NCBI GenBank assembly: GCA_039594005.1
Contig: JBCNOF010000013.1
Location: forward strand, 61,835 to 125,834
Source of the DNA: Roseateles sp.
GTDB lineage: Bacteria > Pseudomonadota > Gammaproteobacteria > Burkholderiales > Burkholderiaceae_C
Direction of reading: 5' to 3'
DNA: 64,000 bases
How positions within the stretch are numbered: the stretch's first letter is position 1; each line of letters starts with the position of its first letter. The notes under the pieces were generated by a model. It saw only the letters and a list, made by a program, of their open reading frames with translations, was not told the DNA's origin and did no database searches. Of this stretch, positions 50,353-60,366 are shown one piece after another. The position numbers were made by a program, and so were the translations under genes.

Positions 50353-53300
50353 TCAAGCTTTCTCGATGTTGACGGTGAAGCTCTTGAACTCCGGCGTCTG
50401 GGTGTTGGCATCCCCCACGAACGGGGTCAGCGTGTTCACCAAGTAACCGGGCTTGGCCACACCGACGAAGCCCCAGTGGTTGGGCAGACCCACGGTGTGG
50501 ACCCGCTTGCCGCCGACATCCAGCGACGCCACGCGCTTGGTCACCACGCACACGGCCTTGATGAAGCCGCGGTTGGAACTGACCTTCACCTGATCGCCAT
50601 TGGCGATCCCCTTCTCCTTGGCGAGTTCCTCGCCGATCTCGACGAACTGCTGCGGCTGGATCACGGCGCTGGTACGCACGTTCTTGGTCCAGTAGTGGAA
50701 GTGCTCGGTGAGCCGGTAGCTCGTGGCCACGTACGGGAACTTGTCCGGCTTGCCGAAGGCCTCGCGGTCGCCCTTGAACACCCGCCCCGCGGGGTTGTTC
50801 ATCGCCTTGGGATTGTTGGGATGCATCGGGTTGACCGTCAGCGGCGACTCGAAGGGCTCGTAATGCTCGGGCAGCGGACCGTCGACCATGCCGCTGGGCG
50901 CGAACAGGCGCGCCACGCCCTCGGCGGTCATGATGAACGGCCGCACCGCGTCCTCGTCGTTCGGATTGGCATCCGGACGGATGTCGGGCACGTCGGAGCC
51001 GCCCCACTTGTCGGTGAAGCTGACCAGGCGCCGCTTCGGATTCCACGGCTTGCCGGTCGGGTCGCAGGACGCGGCGTTGTAGAGCACGCGACGGTTCGCC
51101 GGCCAGGCCCAGGCCCAGTTCAGCGTCTGGCCGATGCCCCACGGATCGCTGTTGTCGCGCCGCGCCATCTGGTTGCCCGCTTGCGTCCACGCGCCCGCGT
51201 AGATCCAGCAGCCGCTCGAGGTGCTGCCATCGTCGCGCAGCAGGCCGAAGCCCGAAAGCTGCTCGCCGGCCTTGGCCAGGACCTTGGTCGGATCCTTCGG
51301 ATCGGTGACGTCGGCCAGCGCCTTGCCGTTGAACTCCATCGCGAGCTCCTCGGCCGAGGGGCTGTTGGGGATCTTGTAGGGCCAGCTCAGGTTGACGATC
51401 GGATCGGGGAAGGCCCCGCCCTCCTTCACGTACAGCGCGCGCAGGCGCAGGAAGATCTCCGCGATGATCTCGGCGTCGCCCTTGGCCTCGCCCGGAGGCT
51501 CGGCGCCCTTCCAGTGCCACTGCAGCCAGCGCCCGGAGTTGGTCAGCGAGCCGTCCTCCTCCGCGAAGCAGGTGCTCGGGAAGCGGAACACCACGGTCTG
51601 GATGTCCTCGCTCTTCACGTCGTTGTGCTCGCCGTAGTTCTTCCAGAACTCGGCGGTCTCGGTGTTGAGCGGGTCGATGATCGCGAGGAACTTCAGCTTG
51701 GACAGCCCGTCCACGACCTTCTTCTTGTTGGGGAAGGACCCCACCGGATTGAAGCCCTGGCAGATGTAGCCGTTGATCTTGCCCTGGTTCATGAGCTCGA
51801 AGGCCTGCAGCACGTCGTAGCCCTTGTCCCACTTGGGCAGATAGTGGAAGGCCCAGTCGTTCTCCTTGGTCGCGGCCTTGCCCCACCACGCCTTCTGCTG
51901 GCTGACGAAGAACTTCGGATAGTTCTGCCAGAAGCTCATCTGGTTGGGACGCAGCGGCTTCAGCGCGCGGGTCTTGTAGTAGGTCTCGAGGTCCTGCTCC
52001 GAGTCCCGCGCCAGCGACATGTAGCCCGTCAGCGACGTGGACAGCAGCCCCAGGTCGGTCAGGCCCTGGATGTTGCTGTGCCCGCGCAGCGCGTTCATGC
52101 CGCCGCCGGGCTGGCCGATGTTGCCCAGCAGCAGCTGCACCAGCGCGCCGGTGCGGATGATCTGCGAGCCCTGGCTGTGCTGCGTCCACCCCAGCGCGTA
52201 CATGATCGTCATGACCTTGCCCGGCACCGAGGTCTCGGCGATCTGGCGGCAGATCTCGACGAACTTGTCCTTGGGCGTGCCGGTGATCTCGCTGACCTTC
52301 TCCGGCGTGTAGCGTGAGAAGTGCTGCTTCATGACGTTGAGCACGCAGCGCGGATGCTGCATCGTCATGTCGACCTTGGCGAAGCCCTTGTCGTCCATCT
52401 CGTAGGCCCAGGACGCGTTGTTGTACGCGCGCTTGGCCTCGTCATAGCCCGAGAACAGACCGTCCTCGAACTTGTAGCCCTCATTGATGATGAACGTGGC
52501 GTTGGTGTAGTTGCGGACGTACTCCGTCTGGATCTTGTTGTTGCTCAGCAGGTAGTTGATGACGCCGCCCAGGAAGGCGATGTCGGACCCCGCGCGGATC
52601 GGCGCGTAGTAGTCGCTCATCGCCGCCGACCGCGTGAAGCGCGGATCGACCACGATCAGCCGGGCCTTGTTGTGATGCTTGGCCTCGATCACCCACTTGA
52701 AGCCGCACGGATGCGCCTCGGCGGCATTGCCGCCCATGATCAGCACGAGATCGGCGTTCTTGATGTCCACCCAGTGGTTGGTCATCGCACCGCGGCCGAA
52801 CGTCGGGGCCAGACTGGCCACCGTCGGTCCGTGTCAAACGCGGGCCTGGTTGTCGAACGCGAGCATCCCCGTCGAGCGCATCGCCTTGTGGGTGATGTAG
52901 CCCGACTCGTTGGACGAGGCCGACGCGCAGATCATGCCGCTGGACAACCAGCGGTTCACCGTCTTGCCGTCGGCATTGGTGGCGATGAAGTTGGCGTCGC
53001 GGTCCGCCTTGAGCAGCTTGACGAAGCGGGTCATCGCCTCGTCCCAGCTCACGCGCTTCCACTCCTTGGCGCCCGCCTCGCGGATCTCCGGATACTTCAG
53101 CCGGTTGGGGCTGTGCACGAAGTCCAGCAGGCCCGCGCCCTTCGGGCACAGCGTGCCGCGGTTGACGGGGTGATCGGGGTCGCCCTCGATGTGGATGATC
53201 TCCGGGGTGACGTTCTTGGCCTTGTCCCCGAGGGAGTACATGATGATCCCGCAGCCCACCGAGCAATAGGGGCAGGTGTTGCGGGTCTCGGTCGCCCGGG

Positions 53301-53421
53301 CGAGCTTGAACTGGCGTGTCTCGGCCAGCGCAGCGGTTGGAGAGAATCCCAACGCGACGAGGCTGGAGCCCATGACGGCCGCCCCGCTCACCCGGAAGAA
53401 ATGCCTCCGGTGCATGTCCAT
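50353..53421 (-). CDS. fdnG: Formate dehydrogenase-N/O alpha subunit, selenoprotein (in-frame UGA at 52834-52836)
   Basis: Track ORFs 52834..53523 and 50353..52821 are in the same frame, joined via ARV-TGA-HGPTVASLAPTFGRGAM. Tat signal RRHFF; CPYCSVGC; 1022 aa total. Confidence 0.97.
52805..52833 (-). promoter_or_regulatory. Bacterial SECIS element
   Basis: After UGA: CACGGACCGAC-GG(U)GGCCA-GUC-UGGCC-CC; bulged U and small apical loop as in E. coli fdhF/fdnG. Confidence 0.85.
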
Positions 53422-53656
53422 CTTGTGCCTCCTGGGTCCGGCGTCGTTGCCGGCCTGGGTGAATCGCACGACCGTCACGCGGCCCGTCCGGTTATTTCGG
53501 CACAAACGCCGCGCTTTGTCCAATACGGAGTCACCCTCTGAACCGAGGAAGAACCGCAGCGCGCACGAGGTTTGATGGAGGTTTTATCTGCGGCATCCGC
53601 GTGGTGCGCCGCAGCATACGCAGGGAGGGGGCGTCGAACGCCCCTCGCCTGCGGGG

Positions 53657-54751
53657 TCAGGTGTTCTTCGAGATCGTGATCGTCGGGAACTTCGACGAGT
53701 AATCCTTGGCCTGGCCGGCCAGCTTCACCGCGATCTTGCGGGCGATCTGGCGATAGGCCTGCGCATGCGGGCCGTCGGGTTCCGCGACGACCGTCGGCTT
53801 GCCGCTGTCGGCCTGCTCGCGGATCGATAGCGCCAGCGGCAGCGAGCCCAGCAGCTCCTGGCCGTACTGGTCGGCCATGCGCTGACCACCGCCGCTGCCG
53901 AAGATGTGCTCGGCATGACCGCAGTTGCTGCAGATGTGGATGGCCATGTTCTCGACGACGCCGAGGATCGGCACGCCGACCTTCTCGAACATCTTCAGGC
54001 CCTTCTTCGCGTCGATCAGCGCGATGTCCTGCGGCGTGGTGACGATCACCGCGCCGGTCACCGGCACGCGCTGCGACAGGGTCAGCTGGATGTCGCCGGT
54101 GCCCGGCGGCATGTCGATCACCAGGTAGTCCAGGTCGCGCCATCGCGTCTGGCGCAGCAGCTGCTCCAGCGCCTGCGTGGCCATCGGGCCGCGCCAGACC
54201 ATCGCCTGATCGTCCTCGACCAGGAAACCGATCGACATCAGCTGCAGCCCATGGGACTCCAACGGCTCCATCGTCTGGCCGTCGGTGCTTTCCGGCCGGC
54301 CGTGGATGCCCATCATCAGCGGCAGGCTGGGGCCGTAGATGTCCGCGTCCAGCAGACCGACGGTGGCGCCCTCGGCCGCCAGCGCCAGCGCGAGGTTGGC
54401 CGCGGTGGTGCTCTTGCCCACGCCGCCCTTGCCCGAGGCCACGGCGATGATGTTCTTCACGCCGGGCAGCAGCTGCACGCCGCGCTGCACCGCGTGCGCG
54501 ATGACCTTGCTGGACATCGTCACGCTGACGTTGCCCACGCCCGGCACCGAGCGCGCCGCCGCCACCAGCGCCGCGCGCAGCGCGTCGACCTGGCTGGCCG
54601 CGGGATAGCCCAGCTCGACGTCGAAACTCACCGCGTCGCCCTGCACCTTCATGTTGCGGAGCTGCCGCGTGGAGATGAAGTCGCGGCCGGTGTTCGGGTC
54701 GATGACCTGTTGCAGCGCCTGCAGCAACGCGGGTTCGTGGATCTGGGACAT
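53657..54751 (-). CDS. apbC: Fe-S cluster carrier ApbC/Mrp
   Basis: SGKGGVGKST, DADIYGPS, WRGPM, DMPPGTGD, CSNC. Confidence 0.96.
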   Translation of the reverse strand: MSQIHEPALLQALQQVIDPNTGRDFISTRQLRNMKVQGDAVSFDVELGYPAASQVDALRAALVAAARSVPGVGNVSVTMSSKVIAHAVQRGVQLLPGVKNIIAVASGKGGVGKSTTAANLALALAAEGATVGLLDADIYGPSLPLMMGIHGRPESTDGQTMEPLESHGLQLMSIGFLVEDDQAMVWRGPMATQALEQLLRQTRWRDLDYLVIDMPPGTGDIQLTLSQRVPVTGAVIVTTPQDIALIDAKKGLKMFEKVGVPILGVVENMAIHICSNCGHAEHIFGSGGGQRMADQYGQELLGSLPLALSIREQADSGKPTVVAEPDGPHAQAYRQIARKIAVKLAGQAKDYSSKFPTITISKNT

Positions 54752-54851
54752 GGGCGGGGATCTGGCGATCGAAGGAAGGACGGCAGTCTAGCCGAGCGGG
54801 CCATTCCTGGTCCGCCGCGGACATACTCGTGGAAACTCGCGCGCAAATGGC

Positions 54852-54884
54852 AAAAGGGGTTGCAGCACTGCTGCAACCCCTTTT
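54852..54884. terminator. Bidirectional intrinsic terminator after tRNA-Lys cluster
   Basis: AAAAGGGGTTGCAGC-ACT-GCTGCAACCCCTTTT, perfect 15-bp inverted repeat. Confidence 0.9.
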
Positions 54885-54887
54885 ATC

Positions 54888-54963
54888 TGGTGGGCCCTGA
54901 AGGATTCGAACCTTCGACCAACGGATTAAGAGTCCGCTGCTCTACCAACTGAGCTAAGAGCCC
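54888..54963 (-). tRNA. tRNA-Lys (CUU)
   Basis: 76-nt cloverleaf; anticodon loop CTCTTAA; ends in CCA. Confidence 0.97.
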
Positions 54964-55126
54964 CAAATTCTTTTCGTCTCGTGCGATTCTGCTGAATCAC
55001 GCGAAGCCGAGATTATGTCAGATATTCAGTTCGCTGGGAACCTATTCCTTGCTGACTTCGTTTCGTCGTCCATGAATCGCACGCGTGTCGCGCTTGTTTC
55101 ACTCTGACGCCCCGACAAGGAGAGGT

Positions 55127-55202
55127 TGGTGGGCCCTGAAGGATTCGAACCTTCGACCAACGGATTAAGAGTCCGCTGCTCTACCAACTGAGCTAAGAGC
55201 CC
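55127..55202 (-). tRNA. tRNA-Lys (CUU), identical second copy
   Basis: Identical to 54888-54963. Confidence 0.97.
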
Positions 55203-55225
55203 CCGAGAAAACCAACTGAAGCAGG

Positions 55226-55301
55226 TGGTGGGTCGTGCAGGATTCGAACCTGCGACCAATTGATTAAAAGTCAACTGCTCTACCGACTGAGCTAACGACC
55301 C
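55226..55301 (-). tRNA. tRNA-Lys (UUU)
   Basis: 76 nt; anticodon loop CTTTTAA; ends in CCA. Confidence 0.97.
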
Positions 55302-55388
55302 GAAGCCGTACTTCAAGCAGCGAAGGCCAAGTTGCCTTGACCTTCCCTACTGCGCTTCGAGGTGTTTGCCCCTCAGCAGAGCCTCACA

Positions 55389-56222
55389 TTATAGGACGGT
55401 TTTTTGCGGTCGCGCAAGTGCCTTCAAATATCGCTGAACCAGCTCCGCCGCGGCCACCATGCCGAAGCCGGCGGTGACCGCCACGCTCGATCCATAGCCG
55501 TGGCAGTTCAGGTTGCCGTCGAGGTCGCAGGCGTCCACGCCGGCGGGGCGCGTGACCGGCTCGCGCGAGAACACGCAGGCCACGTCCATCTTGCCCTGGC
55601 GCGGCGCGGCGTGGAATTTGCGCAGCCGCTGGCGCAGGCTGGACAGCAGCGGATCGTGCGTGGTCTCGGACAGGTCCAGGATCTCGACGTCCTGCGGCCG
55701 GTGCTTGCCGCCGGCCGCGCCGATGCAGACCTGGGGAAGCTTCAGCGCCCTCGCCCACGCCGCGATCTGCGCCTTCGCGCGGACCTGATCGCAGGCGTCG
55801 ACGATGCCGTCGATCGCCACGTCGCCCAGCAGCGCGGGCCAGTTCTGCTCGTCGACAAAGTCCTCGATCGTGAGGACCTCGCAGCCGGGGTGGATGTCGG
55901 CGATGCGCTGCTTGAGCGCTTCCGCCTTGGCCATGCCCAGCGTGCTGCCCAGCGCCTGGACCTGGCGGTTGATGTTGGATTCGGCCACGTGGTCCAGATC
56001 GATCAGCACCAGCCGGGCCACGCCCATGCGGGCCAGCGCCTCGACCACCCACGATCCCACGCCGCCCAGTCCGACGACGCAGAAACGCGCCGCGCGCAGC
56101 CGCGCGTAGTCGCGCTCGCCATGCAGGCGGCGCAAGCCGCCGAAGCGGCGCTCGGCGTCCACGTCGAGGTCGATGGGGGCGGCGACGGCGCTGCCGGCCG
56201 CCGTGTCGGCGGAAGTCTCCAC
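55389..56222 (-). CDS. tcdA: tRNA threonylcarbamoyladenosine dehydratase (ThiF/E1-like)
   Basis: GLGGVGSW, DLDHVAESNINRQ, GYGSSVAVTAGFG. Confidence 0.9.
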   Translation of the reverse strand: METSADTAAGSAVAAPIDLDVDAERRFGGLRRLHGERDYARLRAARFCVVGLGGVGSWVVEALARMGVARLVLIDLDHVAESNINRQVQALGSTLGMAKAEALKQRIADIHPGCEVLTIEDFVDEQNWPALLGDVAIDGIVDACDQVRAKAQIAAWARALKLPQVCIGAAGGKHRPQDVEILDLSETTHDPLLSSLRQRLRKFHAAPRQGKMDVACVFSREPVTRPAGVDACDLDGNLNCHGYGSSVAVTAGFGMVAAAELVQRYLKALARPQKTVL

Positions 56223-56234
56223 GGGAAACGCCGC

Positions 56235-57044
56235 TCAGCGCAGGCCGGCCGCGCGTTCCTTGGCGGCCTTGGCCGCCTCGCTGCCCGGATACGCCTTCTG
56301 CAGGTCGTCCAGCGTCTTGCGGGCGCTCTTGGTGTCCTTGAGCTCGATCTGGCAGTTGGCGATCGCCAGCAGGCTCTCCGCGGCGCGCGGATGTTCCGGG
56401 TTGGCGGCGACGAAGCTCTTGAAGGTCGCGATCGCGCCCTTGTAGTCGCGCTTGCCGTATTGGGCATTGCCCAGCCAGAAGCGCACCGAGTCGGAGAAGC
56501 CGCTCGCCGGGAAACGCTGCAGGAAGGACGAGAACGCGGACACGGCCTCGTTGAAGTCGCCGCGGCGGATCAGGCCCATCGCGGCATCGAACTGGCGCTT
56601 CTCTTCCGGATCGGCCTGGAATTCCTTGCCGTCCAGCGACACCTTCTGCGGCTCCAGCGGGCGCAGCCGGTTGTCGAGCGTGGCCGACTGGTCGGCCACC
56701 TTGCGTTGGGTCTCGGACAGATCGCGCGCCAGCTGTTCGTTCTGGCCGCGCATGCGGGCCAGGTCGGACTTCAGCGCCTCGATCTGTCCGGACAGATCCA
56801 GCAGACCGCGCCGGGCGGTCTCGAGCTGGTTCTGCAGGTCGGTGATGCGGGCACGCTGCGCGTCGTCGTTCTGCGCCATCTTCGAACGCAGGTCGAGGAT
56901 GGCCTTGCGGGCCTCGTCGTCCTCGAACAGCGCCGCCCGCGCGGGGCCGGCGGCGCTCAGCGCCAGCAGCACGCCGAGCAGCGCGGCCTTGGCCACGGCC
57001 GTCGGCGAGGACGGGAAGGAACGAGTGATTCGCAGCATGCTCAT
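56235..57044 (-). CDS. cpoB: Tol-Pal protein CpoB/YbgF
   Basis: Signal peptide, coiled coil, TPR domain (FWLGNAQY); follows pal. Confidence 0.93.
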   Translation of the reverse strand: MSMLRITRSFPSSPTAVAKAALLGVLLALSAAGPARAALFEDDEARKAILDLRSKMAQNDDAQRARITDLQNQLETARRGLLDLSGQIEALKSDLARMRGQNEQLARDLSETQRKVADQSATLDNRLRPLEPQKVSLDGKEFQADPEEKRQFDAAMGLIRRGDFNEAVSAFSSFLQRFPASGFSDSVRFWLGNAQYGKRDYKGAIATFKSFVAANPEHPRAAESLLAIANCQIELKDTKSARKTLDDLQKAYPGSEAAKAAKERAAGLR

Positions 57045-57053
57045 GTCACCGGA

Positions 57054-57584
57054 TTACTTGTCGCGCAGTTCGACGCGACGGTTCTTGGCCCAGGCTTCCT
57101 CGTTGTGGCCCGGATCGACCGGACGCTCCTTGCCGAAGCTCACCGGCTCGACCTGGGTCGAGGCGACGCCCAACAGGGTCAGCGACTTGGCGACGGCTTC
57201 CGCGCGCTTCTGGCCCAGGGCCAGGTTGTACTCGCGGCCGCCGCGCTCGTCGGCGTGGCCTTCCAGGCTCAGGGCCAGCGTCTTCTTGTTGTTCAGGCGC
57301 TTGGCGTGGTTCTCGATCAGGCCACGGTACTCGTCCTTGACGACGAAGCTGTCGAAGTCGAACAGCACCACGCGCTGGTTGGACACGGCGGCGTCGTACT
57401 GGGCGCCCAGGTCGACGGTCTGCACCGGACGCTGGCCGGCGTTGTCGGTCGTCGGGGTGGACGGCGTGGCGGTCTGCACCGGCGCCTTGGTCTCGGTCGG
57501 GGTGGTCTCGTCGAGCTTGGTCGAGCTGCAGGCGGACAGGGCGGCCGCGGCCACCAGGCCCAGCATCAGTTTTTCGAATTTCAT
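57054..57584 (-). CDS. pal: Peptidoglycan-associated lipoprotein
   Basis: LSAC lipobox; FDFDS, EGHADERG..EYNLALGQKRA, NRRV. Confidence 0.97.
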   Translation of the reverse strand: MKFEKLMLGLVAAAALSACSSTKLDETTPTETKAPVQTATPSTPTTDNAGQRPVQTVDLGAQYDAAVSNQRVVLFDFDSFVVKDEYRGLIENHAKRLNNKKTLALSLEGHADERGGREYNLALGQKRAEAVAKSLTLLGVASTQVEPVSFGKERPVDPGHNEEAWAKNRRVELRDK

Positions 57585-57850
57585 GGACAAGCGCTCCTAT
57601 GGGTCAAAGCGGGCGGGTTGAGGGCAGGACTTGGCGGTCGGACAGCACCGCCGATGAAGCCGCGGGAGAAAACAGCGATTGTGGATCATCGGCTAACACA
57701 TTCGCGTGGCGTACTGCTGCACGCGAACGCTTCGCCGACACATCGCGCTCATGGCTCGCACGAGGCGGGCGAAGCGCGACGCCAACGTAGGCAATCCATG
57801 TGCCTGACGTTGGGAGAACCTTGGTTTTGTCGAAGAGCGTCAAGCGGGGC

Positions 57851-59176
57851 TCAGTTGCCGTAGGGGCCCCAGGCCGGCTCGCGGATGTCGGAGACGCCCG
57901 GCGTGGCCAGCTTGGCCTTGACCTTGCCGTCCAGCGTCGTGGTCATCAGCACGTCGCGGCCGCCGGAGCGCGTCGCGTAGACGATCAGCTTGCCGTTGGG
58001 CGCGAAGCTCGGGCTTTCGTCCTCGGTGGTGTCGGTGATCTGCTGGACCTGGCCGCTGCCGAGGTCCATCACGCACAGCTTGAAGGTGCCGCCGCCGATG
58101 CGGGTCACATAGGCCATCGTGCGGCCGTCGGGACTGATCGACGGGCTGATGTTGTAGTTGCCGCTGAAGGTCACGCGATCGGCGCTGCCGCCACCGGCGG
58201 GCATGCGATAGATCTGCGGCGCGCCGCCGCGGTCGCTGACGAAATAGATCTGCGCGCCGTCGGGCGAGAAGGTCGCCTCGGTGTCGATCGCGGAGGTCTG
58301 CGTCAGGCGCTTGGCGCCCGAGCCGTCCTTGTTGATCAGGTACAGCTGCGAGCCGCCCTCGCGCGAGAGCGTCACCACGAGCTGCTGCCCGTTGGGCGAG
58401 AACGACGGCGCGCTGTTGGTGCCGCGGAAGTCGGCCACCTTGCGGCGACGGCCGCTGCGCAGGTCCTGGATCCAGACCACCGCCTTGCGCGACTCGAAGC
58501 TGACGTACGCGACCTCGTTGCCATCGGGCGACCAGGCCGGCGAGATGATCGCCTCGGGGCTGTTGAGCACGGTCTGCTCGCCCTCGCCGTCCGCGTCAGC
58601 GACGCGCAGCGAGTAGCGCGGACCGGCCTTGTTCACGTAGACCAGGCGCGTGGCGAAGACGCCGCGCTCGCCGGTGAGCTTCTGGTAGATCGTGTCGGCG
58701 ATCTTGTGCGCGGCCAGGCGCAGGTCGGCGGCGACCACCGGCACGCTCTCGCTGCCCAGGTCCGAGCCCTTGATCACGTCCCACAGGCGGTAACGCACGT
58801 CGAAGCGTCCGTCGGCCAGCCGGGTGGCGGATCCGGCGGCCAGCGCGTCGGCGGCGCGCGAGCGCCAGTCGGAGAACTGCGGCTGCGAGGTCTCGGTCAT
58901 GCCGGCCTGGCCGGGCACGAGACTGAAGCGGCCGCTGCGTTCCAGGTCGGCGCGGATGATGGCCGCCAGCGGCTGACCGGTGGCGGCCTCGTTGTTGAAA
59001 TCGCTGATCGCGATGGGCACGCGGGTGGCGCCCACGCCGGAGATCTCGACCCGGAACTGCGCCCACGTGGGCAGCGCGACCCCGGCGGCGAGGCCGCCGA
59101 GCAGTCCGCGGCGCGTCAATGCGCCGGCGCTCGAGGGAAGAAGAGCGGAAAGGGTGGCGGTCGTCTTGTTGCTCAT
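57851..59176 (-). CDS. tolB: Tol-Pal beta-propeller protein TolB
   Basis: TolB N-domain, repeated SPAWSPDG/PSFSPNG blades, REPAWGP. Start MSNK at 59176. Confidence 0.96.
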   Translation of the reverse strand: MSNKTTATLSALLPSSAGALTRRGLLGGLAAGVALPTWAQFRVEISGVGATRVPIAISDFNNEAATGQPLAAIIRADLERSGRFSLVPGQAGMTETSQPQFSDWRSRAADALAAGSATRLADGRFDVRYRLWDVIKGSDLGSESVPVVAADLRLAAHKIADTIYQKLTGERGVFATRLVYVNKAGPRYSLRVADADGEGEQTVLNSPEAIISPAWSPDGNEVAYVSFESRKAVVWIQDLRSGRRRKVADFRGTNSAPSFSPNGQQLVVTLSREGGSQLYLINKDGSGAKRLTQTSAIDTEATFSPDGAQIYFVSDRGGAPQIYRMPAGGGSADRVTFSGNYNISPSISPDGRTMAYVTRIGGGTFKLCVMDLGSGQVQQITDTTEDESPSFAPNGKLIVYATRSGGRDVLMTTTLDGKVKAKLATPGVSDIREPAWGPYGN

Positions 59177-59400
59177 CGGCTTGCGGGGCGAATGGAGCCC
59201 TGATTGTGCCCGACGCCCGTGAAGGCGTTTCGAGGCGGGAAGTGCGCGAGTTACAAACGGCAAGCCCTCAGCAAGCGGCGTTCCACCCTCTCGGTTGAGG
59301 CGTTCGACCACTTGTTTGAGTAGGCGCATCGCTTGGATACCCAGATGAAGGCCATGGCTGATTCGTCGCCCGATTTTCAGAATCGATCCTTTCGCGCGCC

Positions 59401-60366
59401 ATGGCCGGCCACCGCCCGGATGCAGCCGCGCGCTCCGAGGACGACATGCGCCAGCCCTTCCCCACCGATCCCGCCGATCCTGCCGATCGCCCCTTCCACG
59501 TAAGCCTGGCACGCGCGCTGCTCGGCGGCCCCGCCTGCCGGCGCGAGCTGCTGGGCCGATGGCGGATCAGCGCCGCGCTGCGGCCCTGGCTGATCGCGTT
59601 CATCTGGCTGGGATGCGCGGCCCTCTTCAAGGCCGCGATGGGCGCAACGCCCGCCCCCGCCCCTGCCCCCGCCTCCCCGCCCGCATCCGACGCTCAAGCC
59701 CTGACCCTGGTCCTGCCCTTCGCCGACGGCAGCGGCCCCGACGCGGTGGCCCGCGCGATCGCGGCGGCCTGGACCGACCGCACCGGCGAGCCGGTCGTCC
59801 TGGAGCGCCGCCCGGGCCGGCAGGGATACACCGCCGCGCGCCGGGTCGCCTCGGCCACGCCCGACGGTCACACGGTGCTGCTGACCACCAGCTCCTTGCT
59901 GGAGCGCCCGCCTCGCGTCTCCGACGACCTCTTCTCGCCGAAGACCGCCGCCGCCTCGGAGTTCACCGTGCTCGCGCGTGTCGGCCAGATGCCCTTCGTC
60001 TCCTTGTGGCCAGCGGGCCAGTTCGCGCAACGGCTCAACGCGCTGCCGCCACCGTCGCTACCGGCCGAGGCCTTGCGGGTGCTGTCCAGGCGCGCGATGG
60101 GCGCCTCCTCCACGCTGGAGACTCCGCCGGGTCATGAGGATTTCGATGCGCTCGACCGGCGTGACACCCCCGACTGGAATGCCCTGCTCGCCCCAGCGCG
60201 GCTGCCCGCGCCCGTGGCGCAGCGCCTGCGCCGCGACTGGCAGGCGGTGCTCACGGATCCCCGCGTGCGGCTGGCCCTGGCGCAATCGGGCACGGAACTC
60301 TGGGAGATCGTCCCCGCGGCCGAGACCCCGCCCGCCTCCACCGCTGCCGCCGGGGACGCACGATGA
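59401..60366 (+). CDS. Degenerate Bug/TctC-like substrate-binding protein
   Basis: TLVLPFADGSGPDAVAR...ERRPG...TPDGHTVLL and WNALLAPARLP resemble Bug, but the middle is shortened and divergent. Confidence 0.65.
   Translation: MAGHRPDAAARSEDDMRQPFPTDPADPADRPFHVSLARALLGGPACRRELLGRWRISAALRPWLIAFIWLGCAALFKAAMGATPAPAPAPASPPASDAQALTLVLPFADGSGPDAVARAIAAAWTDRTGEPVVLERRPGRQGYTAARRVASATPDGHTVLLTTSSLLERPPRVSDDLFSPKTAAASEFTVLARVGQMPFVSLWPAGQFAQRLNALPPPSLPAEALRVLSRRAMGASSTLETPPGHEDFDALDRRDTPDWNALLAPARLPAPVAQRLRRDWQAVLTDPRVRLALAQSGTELWEIVPAAETPPASTAAAGDAR

Noticed and set aside
53422-53656. FNR/NarL sites upstream of fdnG
   Set aside because: Only a half-site TTGAT is present, without a matching ATCAA at N4 spacing.
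54888-55202. Two identical 76-bp direct repeats as possible attL/attR of an island
   Set aside because: Both are complete tRNA-Lys(CUU) genes only 163 bp apart, with no integrase or cargo between them.
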